Origin: Azolla caroliniana
Lineage: Eukaryota; Plantae; Polypodiophyta
NCBI GenBank assembly: GCA_043228905.1
Contig: JBHGNT010000022.1
Location: forward strand, 6,696,001 to 6,760,000
Length of the DNA stretch: 64,000 nucleotides
Reading direction: 5' to 3'
The position numbers and the translations under genes were made by a program. Position 1 is the stretch's first letter, and each line of letters opens with the position of its first letter. Of the stretch, positions 1 to 12,376 are shown piece by piece. The notes beneath the pieces are model-generated. The model had not been told where the DNA came from and ran no database searches. It saw only the letters and a list, made by a program, of their open reading frames with translations.

Positions 1-30
1 TCCAATAGTCCTAGAATTTATACTTTCTAG

Positions 31-728
31 CATAGATTGACATATTCGCATTCGTGGGGTTTCCCATTCAAATGCATACGAATACGCATACAAATGCATG
101 GTCAAGTATTCGTTTATCTAAAAAAAAAAAAAAAGAGTCCAAGAACTCCCTCCTTTTTTAGTTTACTAGGATAAAAAAAAAGGGGGACTTCACAATAAAA
201 AGGGACATTAAAAGAGGGACTATAAAAAGGAACATTAAGGGGGCCTTGACACTAATAAATTTTTATAATAAATATAAAAGTATTCGTTTTATTTTTAATA
301 AATAAATAAAATACAATAAAGGTTCATTAATTCCTCACTTTTTATTCTCTCAAAAATTATAGATATTTTTATTTTGATATTAAAAATTGGACTTCACACT
401 AATCATATTTCTATAATAAATATACAAATATTCGTTTTTTAAAACAAATTAATTAATTAAAATAAAGGTTCATAAACTTCCCCGTTTTTTATTTGACACT
501 ATAAAAGAGAGTTAATACTAATCATATGTATATAATCTATTAATGAATGATTGTTCTTTTTTTAGTGAAATTAAATTTATTTAAATAAAAAAATGAATTA
601 ATTAATATTTTATATATTTTTGTAAAACGAATGATTTTATAATATTCTTGAGGCCATTTTGTATTCTCGAATATTGAGAATATCACGCATGGAGAATATG
701 ACAAATATCGCGCATGTGTCAATCTATG
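31..728. mobile_element. Non-autonomous hAT-type DNA transposon (MITE-like), AT-rich
   Basis: TIR CATAGATTGACA at 31-42 and TGTCAATCTATG at 717-728 (extends to 19 bp with 2 mismatches). Perfect 8-bp TSD CTTTCTAG at 23-30 and 729-736. No coding capacity; degenerate ~150-bp internal duplication. Confidence 0.78.
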
Positions 729-984
729 CTTTCTAGATAGTAAAAATAGGACGACTATTGTCTATTGCCTGTTAAACCTCAGATAAACCTCACTATCACT
801 GGTTCAATTTGAGTAGAGTTAATCTTTCATTTGCATTGGAGACAATAGATATCAAGCACCGTGGTAGGACTTATGCTTTATCTATCGCCTATAGCCTACT
901 CACGATGGCTCTATACGAACAATGGTCTTATAGATAACGTGGTTTATTCATTTGCTAGCCATTGAGAACAATAGCTAATTTCAA

Positions 985-1166
985 ATCCCAGTTTCAAATT
1001 TTATGTTTTATTGCTTTTTTTTTACATAATCCTCATACATGGAATCAGGTTGCTATTTGAGATGTGTGCATAACCAGTTTCACATACCAATTTCAGATTT
1101 TATGTTTTATTGCTTCTATGTTTTATGTAACCCTCAAGCCATGTAATTGAGTTGCTATTTAAGGTG
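985..1166. repeat. Degenerate ~100-bp tandem duplication
   Basis: Block ttc(a)gattttatgttttattgct...gttgctattt occurs at ~990-1060 and ~1090-1162. Confidence 0.5.
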
Positions 1167-2141
1167 CCAATATATATAAAAAGAACCAAGAGCTAGAACT
1201 TCAATTTTAAGATAAATGTTAAGAAAATCGTAAGGAAATGGAATATTTATAGAATTCAAACATTTTAAAGAAGAGAATGACACTCAATCACAGGTGACAG
1301 AAAATGCAAGTGCAATCCTCACCTCTTGAATTGATCTGCTCTAGAAATGTAAGAACATCAACTTCTTCACAGATACTGAGCAAAAAGATACATCATCACT
1401 AAGTGTAGATTCATAATTCTATTTCATCTTGACATTTGATGCCACAGATGACCATATGGGAACTCACAAAAGAGTAAAGACAAACAAAAACACTATCCAC
1501 AGAAGAAAACAAAGTCGTTTACAAGATAGCTGTCTAAGCATTCGCAACCTCTTAAAATATTACAGTGATCCACGAGCCATGCTACTTGAACAAAAACGTA
1601 TTACAGTGTAGCCAATTAGATCGCCACAGAAGTGGCAGAATACACAAAAACATTGAACTTGCAAATAAATGATAAACGAAGGAAAGAAATGTCACCAAGA
1701 CGAGAGAAAAACAATAGTAAAAAAGTGAAGAAGAAAATTAATAACAACAAAGATATTAAAGATGAATTGAGTGTCATCTTTGCCTCTTTATGTAATGAGC
1801 TCAAGATCATATCAACCTTTTTCTTTGTCTGCTGCTTCCCTACCAATACAGAACAGCCATTCCTTTTTGGACGGAGTATGCCACCATCCAAAGAATGAAA
1901 GCCTAGGGATTTTGGACTCTAAGAGTTATAGGTAATTTGTCCATAATAAATATTGTGACGATGGATAACCTTAGAATGTCTAAACAGTCTCTTATTCTCT
2001 CATTAACATGTCTATTTATGACTAAGTCAAACTGAAAGATACGCAGAAAGAGCAGTCCAATTGGAAAAAGAATAAATGCCTACCGAACAATCATAGATTA
2101 ATGGAGCTGGAAAGTAATATGACAAGATTACAGGTGCATAC

Positions 2142-5100
2142 CAGTAGCAAAGGAGCTTGAGAATGGAGAACATCAACCCATACATAATAAGAAATTTGTA
2201 GCAAGCAAATGAAGTGTGTAAAGCTCCACGTCCTTCTCGGAGCAAGTCAATGGTTGATAAAACCTAGTGTGATGTTTTGCAATATCGCATTAGTAGGTTG
2301 GTATTAAATTTTGAAAAATAGAGGGAGAGTAGTTTTGGTTGAGATGTTGTCATGAAAGGAAGTACCGTTTTATCTTTAGAAGTAAAAGGTGACACTATGG
2401 ATGCCTCAGCTTCACTGAGAGCGATACCCGCATGAGCTGTTCGTAATGCACCGCAGTCGTTACCACCATCACCACACATGCCCACAATTATTCCTCGATC
2501 TCTATACATTTTAGTGATTGATACCTACATTATTGCATGTTCTTTTAGCTCTTTGAATTGGTGCTATTATTGTAAGCAACCTCTGGCCTATTTGGATTCT
2601 ATGCAATTTAACAAGTTTTGAATTTGGCATGTCAATTTGTATAACCCCAGGTTAAGCGAAAACAAGCAGATCTTGCCAAAGTAATATACATAAAAAGACT
2701 ACAATATGAATCCTACAACAAAGAATTTGACTTCCAAAATGGAGCAGCATGTCAGAGGAGTAAAACTCGAATTCTGTAGTCTGAATACCATATGGCTGCT
2801 GATAAAACTGATATTGTGGTATGTTCATCTTCATGCTTCTGTCCAATGAAAATGTGTGAAACAATACATGAAGTATTGACGACCAATCCAATCATATGTA
2901 AGTTTTAGGAGGGACACCATAAGAGACATCATATACTCAGTAAAAATTAGGCAGAAATCGCAAGGAAGCAAGAAGAGGGGACCAGCCTGCTCAGTCATGA
3001 AAGGGCATGTCCCCAACAAGAGACATAGACAGTCAGGTTTAAAGCATGAGAAAATTATAGAATAAAGAAACCTCTGTGAGATGGGGATGCCTGCATCATA
3101 GTATGTGCGCCACAAGGCATATACCATGAGCAAATACAAAGTCCATGCGTCAACTAATTAAATGTAAACTTCCTTCACGAAATCAAGTTATTGAAATGTA
3201 TATTAACCTTATCTTCTGGAGTAAAACGTGCATAGATGCGAATAAAGAAGAGAAGGTCTGCCATTGATTCTGTCCTCCTCAGAATATTGAATGCTTTTCC
3301 AGTCACAGCAAGTTCAACACCACCAGATGAAAGCCCTTTAAGGTGCTGCTGAAATAGTTCCTCAGTAGTCATAGACTTAGAAAGGCTGGTTTGATCCCCA
3401 TTCATTGGCACCCAAAGCACACTGTTCACAAATTCATGCATGCTTCAGGAAGTAAACTTAATGAGCATGAACATCCTTGTGTACCTACAGCAAGGTTTTA
3501 AAAGATATGAACCTATTTTGATCATCACAGTCGCCCAACAAGACTTGCGCGTGTGTAGCCACCATCCCACATTCTTTGGCAATGAAGTGCCCACATTGTG
3601 CATTATCACCAGTAACCATCACAGGACGAACCTGATATTAACATTAAAAATCAGCAGCACGAGAGTTTTTCGACAAAAATATTCTTCAGTTACGTACCAA
3701 TAACAAACATAGTATTGAATTCCACAAAAACAAGACCATTACCTCGCCTTCTTTCAATGATTTGATAGCCAATGCACTCTCCTCCTTCAGCTCATTCCTA
3801 AAAAGTATGAGACACACAAACTGCAACTGTGTCTCTAAAGTTTCTCGTGGTATTTCATTTATTTCTTGCACTGTGAGGCCAGAACCCAGGCTCCTACACA
3901 GACAATTAGCAGATAATTAATAAGGCCCAGAAAGGTCAAAGGATGTTGCATAGATGACACTAATAAATCACCTGTATCCCAATGACAGCACATAGCAGCC
4001 ATCAAGAGCATGAGATCGGGCTACCTCAAGGTAGTTTTGTGGCAAGCTTTCTGCTGAGCAAAGAAGTTGTATTTTTTCGAAGGACCCCTGCGAAATATTT
4101 TCGTTGTATGAGATATAACACAAAAACATACATATAACGGAAGAAGGTTGGCATGGCATGGTCACAATGGATTTAAAATATACAAGTGACATGCAACCAC
4201 CTTGCAAAGAGGAGCAAAATACAAAAATGGCATTAAGCTACCTTGCAATAAACATGGAAACCACCTTCACTATCTTCAATGACTACACTCATTGTTGCCC
4301 TTGTGTGATCGAATTCATTTCGCCTAATAATCTTGATTCTTTCAGAAGATCCACTGTGCACAACGTCTGGTTCATTGTATCCCTCTATGAGGTTCCATCC
4401 AGTTGCCTCAAACATTTTAACCTGTTTACAAAGTCTGAGTTTAGTTGGAAAGGTAAAACAGAAGCGTCAAAAAAGAGGGCAGAATGAAATCTGCAGCACC
4501 TCCACTTGATTTCCAACATATTGACTACCAAATGTTGATACAGCGTGGCAAGTTGCAAGGCCACGTATTGTCATTGAATCAATACTATCAACTTTCTTTG
4601 GTGACAAGACCGGCCCAAATGAAGGATATGTTCCAACCTTCTCCACCAAAGTCTGAGCACCAATAAAGTCAAGGCCATCTCTTGTCAAAGTACCTGTCTT
4701 ATCAAAGCAGAACACTCTAATTTTCCCAGCAATAGCAATGCGCTTAGGATTTATGCAGAAGATGCCACGGTCCTGCGTAACAAGGAAAAACACACTAAAA
4801 GATCAATTTTATTTCACTTGGTGACAGCTCAAATAGAATACCTTGAAGATATTTATTGACCTTGAGACGCTTCACTGCATGCAATTGGCCAACTTCAAGA
4901 GCTACAGGAAGCAAAGGTGACATGATCTGGTTAACTATAGCCATGCAGTAATTCCATTTTGTAATCCAAATCGTTTGTGAACCCGTCAAATTCTGTTACA
5001 AACGGAAGTATGGGATTAAAATTGAAGCTATTTTTTAGCTTAAGGTTTTTGAAAACAGGACAGGATCCAAACCTGGAAGAAGATTGACAACGTAAAGCAA

Positions 5101-7219
5101 ACGATTGCATATAAAAGCAGAAGAATAACAACCACTGGCAACTCCTCATCATATCTAAAAAGCATCTGTTCTGGATATAAAATTGCTGCAAGGACTTTTC
5201 CTTTGGAAGTTGACATACCTTGAAGGCAGCACAAAGAGGCCACTTTATTAATCACACTGCAAATTCCCTAGTAATTTGTCTCTGCTTTATCAGATCAAAA
5301 TATCAAATATACTATAATTACCTGTTGCCATTACAACAGCCAGAACATCATGATTTTGCATACTACCAGCCTGCAGCACCTTGGATCCAGAAAATAGAGT
5401 ATGCCGAGCACCATGTCCTGCAACGTCGTACACGCTTGAAGTGTTTGGTGCACTGTACTTTTGTACAGGTGTAGCTTCACCAGTCAATGAGCTCTCATCA
5501 CAAACACATGACCCTGGTACAAAAACAATAGTGTCATGTGACTTCAATAGTTTAGAAAACAGAAAGGTGATTAAGAGTGGAGCGTACGCATGGTTGCAGC
5601 AGTAGATGCTAAATACCTTTGATTATGATAAGGTCACACGGAAGTAGCCAATCATTAGTAACTCTGACCACATCACCTGGGACGACCTTTCGAGAATCAA
5701 TTTTATGCCAGCTTTTATCACGATAAACTTCAACTTGTGTAACGTGTTTAGTTAACTGCCAATACACATACAACTATTATGCACAGGAAACGGGGCAAAG
5801 TGGTCAGCAATCAGAAACACAGAAGGTAAGTAAACCTTTGCAATAGTCATCTGACTTTGATGCCTAGTATAGATAGTTATGGCAGCACTAAGACACACTA
5901 TAATTGTCAAAAGTGCAGCGACAAAAAGATAACTGTTCCAAAACCATAATAAATACATGACAAGCTGATAAACATGAAAGAGCGAGAACAGTTCCACATA
6001 GACACTGTGTAGCAATGATTCTGGTTTAAAAGGAATCTCATTTTTGCCAATGATTTCATGGCGTTGATCTGCTTCAAGTTGTGTCAACCCTCCTTCACAC
6101 TGCAAGATGGGATACAAACTCAATAACATGTAACCAGTATATTTTCTGCAACTATCCAGTATAAAGTTCATTAATACCTGATAGATATCTGAAAACATGG
6201 TTCCCACACTTATATTAGCCTTGTAAACTGTACTCCCTTTAATCATATAGCGATGTCCTTGAAACACAAAAAAATGCTGACCACTAAAGGTTTTTTGCAC
6301 ATTAATTATTTCGTAATGCCCCAAACTATCAGGAGGGGAAATTCTATCCTGTCACAAGCATAAGATATCAATCTCAAGTTCCAAAAAACATGTCTGATAG
6401 TAAACGCATCAAGTTAATGGGATGCAATATCTCACCTTGATCGATCGTGCCATTGTAATAAAAAAAGAAACATTAACAGAAAGAACCTCTCTCTGATCTC
6501 GCGCCCAGACATAAACAACATGAGCTTGAGATAAGTCACAAGGGATACGAAACCAATTGTGTACTATATCACGGTTCAGAACCCATATTATAAACCATAT
6601 GGCTGTAAGCCACCAAAGCACAAAGAAAATCTATGTAACGAAAAATCAAAAGGAAACAACATCAGCCAAGATATGACAAGTGAATAGACATAAACCATAC
6701 AGATGAGAAAATAGCAGATCTCACCATTGCATTGAAGTCATATGTACCAAATATAACATGATTCCCATAGAAGCAGAGGTTATCAATGCCACCCACTTCA
6801 CATTGATTATAGGTATCAAATAGAATTAATACAAATAAAGCAATCCAATGAACGCAGACCAAGCAACATAAGGTGTAACAGAACTCCCCAAATGCAGTGT
6901 GCAAGTAGCCAGTAACTTGTAGCTCCTGGATATCCATGTCAATCCGTTTCTCTTTACTAGAGAGTTGGTGTCTTCCATCAGATGGTTTGAGATCAAATTT
7001 GGGTTCAATAATAGATGTCCCTTCCTTGAGTATTACCGGCTCCAATTTTTTCTTCACTTGTTGTATTCTTCTTGTGAGCTGAAATAATGTGCAAGTGACT
7101 ATTGTATATCCCCAGAATGCAAAAACCAATACAGGGCCCCAATCTTTGAGGCTATGAATAAGAACATGGCATGAAGAATCTTCTGAACAGAGAGTTGGAC
7201 CATCTGGATACTTCCCCAT
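2142..7219 (-). CDS. P5-type (P5B/ATP13A-like) P-type ATPase, ~16 coding exons, 3' end not found in window
   Basis: Exons joined by GT-AG introns (approx. 7219-6725, 6630-6436, 6348-6178, 6099-5836, 5755-5617, 5513-5322, 5218-5072, 4993-4861, 4772-4500, 4420-4242, 4087-3973, 3893-3743, 3631-3483, 3423-3208, 2524-2366, 2263-2142). Motifs: [19 protein letters not shown] (A domain), SPLLPVAL (M4), [10 protein letters not shown] (phosphorylation site), [56 protein letters not shown]. Confidence 0.9.
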
Positions 7220-8606
7220 CTCTAAAATGTCTTATGACTTTTATCTGCACAGTCATTCAAACATCCAAAACGATGCAATAATTTCTGAAAATCTACATAT
7301 CAAGAAAGAAATATAAAACAATCTAATTAATAGCAGAAAAAATCAATGACACAAAATTAAATCACAAAGCAAGTCTCTTGATCTTTATTTATACATTGAT
7401 GCTGCTCTCCTGTAGAACTAATACATCCATCCTTGATCCTCTTGCCCCACATGCACTCCTCCCTCTTCCGCTACATAACATCATCAGCCATGTACTCTAG
7501 CACTTATAAATGAATGAAAGAAAATAGTTTTTGAGATCTACTAGAAGAGTATCACACTCGAGAATGCTTGCTTTGACCCACAAAAAAATGTCTTCACATG
7601 ACAAGATATGTCACTAGTTACACACACTCCCCCGAGCAAACAGAGCATAAGATAGTTTGATACATCTATGACTGATAACACAAATCGTCACAAGGTACAT
7701 CCAAGTGTTTGTGGGAGAAATTTTAAGCGAAATAACTGAAATGAAATGGAATGTTATATAAACATATTCAAATGGCCAAAATGGCCTCAGAAAGAAAGAG
7801 AGAGATAAAGGGACATCTGATAGGCATGCATTTCAGGATGTCTAAAATTACGGGTTAGTTGGTAACCTAAGCAAGCATTACATTTGAACATCCATGCCTA
7901 TGACTCTACCAACCTTTGTTCTTTCAGAGCTTACTCTGCATTAATCCTGGAGTGATGACTCACATCTTTGTTTCCATGAAATCATATTATCGCAATGACA
8001 TTCTATTCATTGTTTCCTACCCTGGTTGTAGGCTTTACATTTAGTATGATTTAAGGCAAGAGTCCAATATTCGAGTTTGACAGTAGCAGATAGGCAGTCA
8101 CAACAGGTAGGTAAAGACACGTATAAAGTTCAGCCACTGGAATTATTCGGATTAACCATATTTCATTGGTCTCCATAGAGTATTTGATGCATCAATGGAA
8201 TCTTCTAGGTACCAAAATGTCACATAAGTTTGACTATTCATTTGATTGGAACCAAATCCTTGATGCATCTTTCGCTAGCAAAAACAACAGTTATAGTGGC
8301 AATTACTACTCTTACAGTGATATAATGTAAGTTCATGGTAATAATCTAGCTTGACTCAGCACAAAGTTCTGAAAAACATAGAAGCAATGCAAGAAATAGG
8401 CAACATCATCTCTGCAAACGTGTTGAATGCATTGGATAATACGTCAGTGAAGAAAAACAAGATTATTGATGGAGAGAATCACACCACAAAATAAATCCTT
8501 TTTTTCTTCAGAGAAAAATCAATACAAATATGGATGGTGAAGAAGGGTAAAGAAGAACTTGCGTGTTTTTATATAAACAGATTAACACAGAGGGGGGTGG
8601 GGATAC

Positions 8607-8834
8607 CTGTGAAAAGAATCATAGAATGGTGTCAACTGCTACCACAATTACTTCTTCTTTGGGTATGCTCTTGAATTCCTCTGCAACTCTGATTAACAAG
8701 CTGAGTCAGCGTAGCAGGGAAGAAGAAGTAGCAGGAAGAGGGGGCGGAGGGAGACAGGAAATGAATTGGAATCAAAATGTGGGCAGCTAATTCAACGCAA
8801 GAAAACGACAGGAGATTCAGCGTGCCTTTATATA
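8607..8834 (-). promoter_or_regulatory. Putative TATA box and 5' UTR exon of the P5 ATPase gene
   Basis: Minus strand shows TATATAAA at 8834-8827, a pyrimidine-rich leader, donor CAG|GTATCC at 8607/8606, and acceptor TGCAG at ~7245, 25 nt upstream of the ATG. Confidence 0.4.
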
Positions 8835-8960
8835 TGTACATACATACATACATCCATAATACACAGACAGACAGACAGAGAGATAGACAGAGCGCTACCA
8901 TAAGATAATACATACATACATATATACATACATACATATATACATACCTACATAATACAT
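8835..8960. repeat. Compound (TACA)n/(GACA)n microsatellite
   Basis: Directly visible simple repeats. Confidence 0.85.
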
Positions 8961-9290
8961 TCATAGAATATGAATCATACGTATCATACGTGTATTAGCA
9001 TTCGCGAATGATTCAATCAAACGTGTATGGTAAATTTTCCCAAAGTTGGATTGGATTGACTAGGGTCTATATTATATATTGATTCACTCTCAATCCCAAT
9101 AAGTGGACTCTAATCCATTGTGAACCACCAACATAAGTATCCTTGCAATATTTGCATTGTATCACATGCATACTTTTGGGATGCGAATCAAGGCATCTCT
9201 ATCATCCTCACTTTAGAACTTTACAAAAAAATGAGTATGAACTATAGATATTGAATCAAAATATGTCATTATAAATTATAATCAAACATT

Positions 9291-10035
9291 CAAAAACTCA
9301 TAAAACGTATATTCAAGAATATGAAGAAAACATGACATAGGCAATAGTAGCATAACAACTTACCACTAGGGTGACCTAATTTCTAATAACAAAGAAAGAA
9401 AAAAAGAAACGATCAAAAACTCATAAAACGTACATTCGAGAATATGAAGAAAACATGACATAGGCAATAGTAGCATAACAACTTACCACTAGGGTGACCT
9501 AATTTCTAATAACAAAGAAAGAAAAAAAGAAACGATCAAAAACTCATAAAACGTACATTCGAGAATATGAAGAAAACATGACATAGGCAATAGTAGCATA
9601 ACAACTTACCACTAGGGTGACCTAATTTCTAATAACAAAGAAAGAAAAAGGAACATGACACTAACATAAAATTTTGCCATGACATAGGCAGTAGTAGCAT
9701 AACAACTTACCACTTGGGTGACCTAATTTCTAATAACAAAGAAAGAAAAAGGAACATGACACTAACATAAAAATTTGCCATGGCACTAACAAGAGGATAT
9801 GAGAAAGTTGGGAATTGAACCCAAGACACAAGTAATAGTAGCACAACAAGTTATCACTAGGTTGTGCTTAGTTCTAATAATAATAAAAATAAAAGAAAAA
9901 AACTATTATAATACTAACATAAAACTTTGCTATGACATGGTACTAATGAGAGAAAGAGAAAGAGATGAGAAAATTGGAAATCAAACCCAAGACATAGACA
10001 ACAGTACCATGAGTCCTTACCACTAGGGTGAGCAA
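9291..10035. repeat. 123-bp tandem repeat (about 3 near-identical copies, then shorter degenerate units)
   Basis: Unit caaaaactcataaaacgta...catgacataggcaatagtagcataacaacttaccactagggtgacctaatttc... starts at 9291, 9414 and 9537. The core recurs at ~9680, ~9830 and ~10020. Confidence 0.9.
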
Positions 10036-10164
10036 AATTGTAATGATAATAATGAAAAAAATGAAAAAAAAGGGAGCACGTATTTTTCCCATTTCAAACG
10101 TGTTCGTTTCCAAACGTTTGAATGCTTGCACGAACACGAATATTACGTTTTATGCCTACATAAT

Positions 10165-10370
10165 TACATACATACTTACACGGTACATACATACATAGAC
10201 ATAGATATGTATGTATGTGTATGTGTATGTGTATGTGCACACGCACGCACTCACACAATACACATTCACACATACATACAAATATATCATATATGTATGT
10301 ATGTATGTATGTCCAATAAATAGAGAGAAAGAGTGTGTGTGTGTGTGTGTGTGTGGGTGTGGGTGTGAAA
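10165..10370. repeat. Compound (TACA)/(TATG)/(TG) microsatellite
   Basis: Directly visible; it explains the spurious ORFs here. Confidence 0.85.
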
Positions 10371-11304
10371 CCTTGTGAGGGATCCAATCCAATCCATGTA
10401 ATCCCACCTCTTTTTGTTCCTATGATTTACTCATACACGCACGCACATAGACATTGCGCTTTTACTTGCACTCGGGGAAGAAGCAAACCCAAATCCTATC
10501 TCAAAAACTATTGGCAGGTTATCATCTCCTCGAGCATTACATAATTGAGGTACTGGCCATGGCCTTGGCTTGCAAGCAACCGCACACTCTATCGTAACCA
10601 AAACGTACATACATGCATGCATTACATATAATGAATGTTATCTTTTGAACATGCAAGAACACTTTTCCAGATCCCCATCTTCTCCTTCATTTTCGATGTG
10701 CACCCTAGCTAGGGTCTTGTATCTAAAAAAAAACCTTTGACTCTTGTTTTTGTCAATCGGGTGCTCTACTATCTTTGTTTATTATGCTCCCACCTCATTC
10801 ACACTAAACATATAGACCATCAAATATAAAATATCTACCCTCCACTCACGTGGCATCGCACATTATGTGACTTATTCTTATCTCATCAAATTCAAGAATG
10901 AATAGATTCTTTTTTAGGAGCGACATGACCTTCCCAATTTCAAATTTTCAACACACAACTATCAACAAGAATGCCTTCTCCTATTCACTTCTTTCCATGG
11001 CCCCTCCTCCCTCTCTAACAATGAGTATTTGTAGAAATGCTCACATAGAAATTAAGGAGCGGAATTAGAGTAGTGTATTATTGGATAATGTTGATTATAA
11101 GCTTGCTTTTCTTGGCCATGCACTCATTGTATAATTCATGGATACACAAGAAAGTTGAAGCTTAGGGTAGCAAACCACTATCATTGGATCCTCTTAGACA
11201 AGCACTTCTTTATTGTCATTCATTTGTTGGTGAGGAACCATCCTCTACTCAAAGTAGTCATTCATATGATTTCCATTATTGTTCAAAATCTTAAGTTGAT
11301 TTGG

Positions 11305-11338
<34 letters not shown>

Positions 11339-12303
11339 CAATGATTGTTGTGCCCAATATATTTTCTGGATTCTCATATGAAAAAAAATAGTAAACATCG
11401 CCCACCCCTTTGTTTATCATGAATATTGATTTTGTGCTATATCTTGGCATCAATTAGTGAGGTACAAAAGGCTTGTAAATTGGAAATCTTTCATTGATTG
11501 TTTGACTTGTTTCCCAACTTTGTATACATTCTTATAGTGCTTGTGTTTTCCTTTCAAGCTCAATGATATATTTCAGATTCCAAACAACTCTTTTCTGAAA
11601 TTGGTCTTGACTTTATGCTCATGTTTGCATGTTGTCAAATTATTCATACTAAAGACACTTCCATGTGGGATTCTTACTTTGAAAAGATGACATTGTAATG
11701 AATGAGTCACTCACTTTTATGAATTGATGTTTATCCTCCCCTCTCTTCCTAATGAATGAGCTCTTGTCTTATTCCATAACTTTTACTTAACAACAATCCT
11801 CACGAGGTTTAGATTATTATCAAACGAAAGCACTAGGTGTAATATCAGCTCGATCCCTTGTAGTTTTGAAAATATTGGTATTACCATTAGAAGAAGATGT
11901 GAGATTCAAAACAATGGTTTTTCTGGTTCATAGAAGTGTAATCATTTTCAATTCCTTGTATTTGACTTAGATGTCGAAAAATGCTTAACTTGAAATGATT
12001 TGAATATAGTAATTAGGATCATCAATTAATGTGAGCGTTGCTAGTTCAATACGAATTAAATGTCATCATTTGATTTTATCTAAAACATTATGAAATTAAC
12101 ATGAATTAAAACACAAAAACGTGATAATTAAGTTGACTAATTTGAAGCTTTACTAAATTGATTTGATTTTGATGAAACACAATAATTAGGGCTTAATCAC
12201 TTAGTTTTTCAACGCATTAGAATAATAACTAAAAGTTTACATCTTACTTTACTTTTTAATTAGAGACATAATGTTTTTTTAATTTGCTTACACATGATGT
12301 TTC

Positions 12304-12341
<38 letters not shown>

Positions 12342-12376
12342 TCTTCCGCTGCACAGAATCCATTTGATTCTTGACA

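Noticed and set aside
8563-10622. Several 60-110 aa ORFs (YVCM/HTHT-rich)
   Set aside because: Products of TACA/TG microsatellites and tandem repeats.
10700-11800. Possible very old retroelement remnant (PPT-like run at ~11400, TW-like peptide at ~11665)
   Set aside because: Too degenerate; no continuous domain or LTR pair can be supported.
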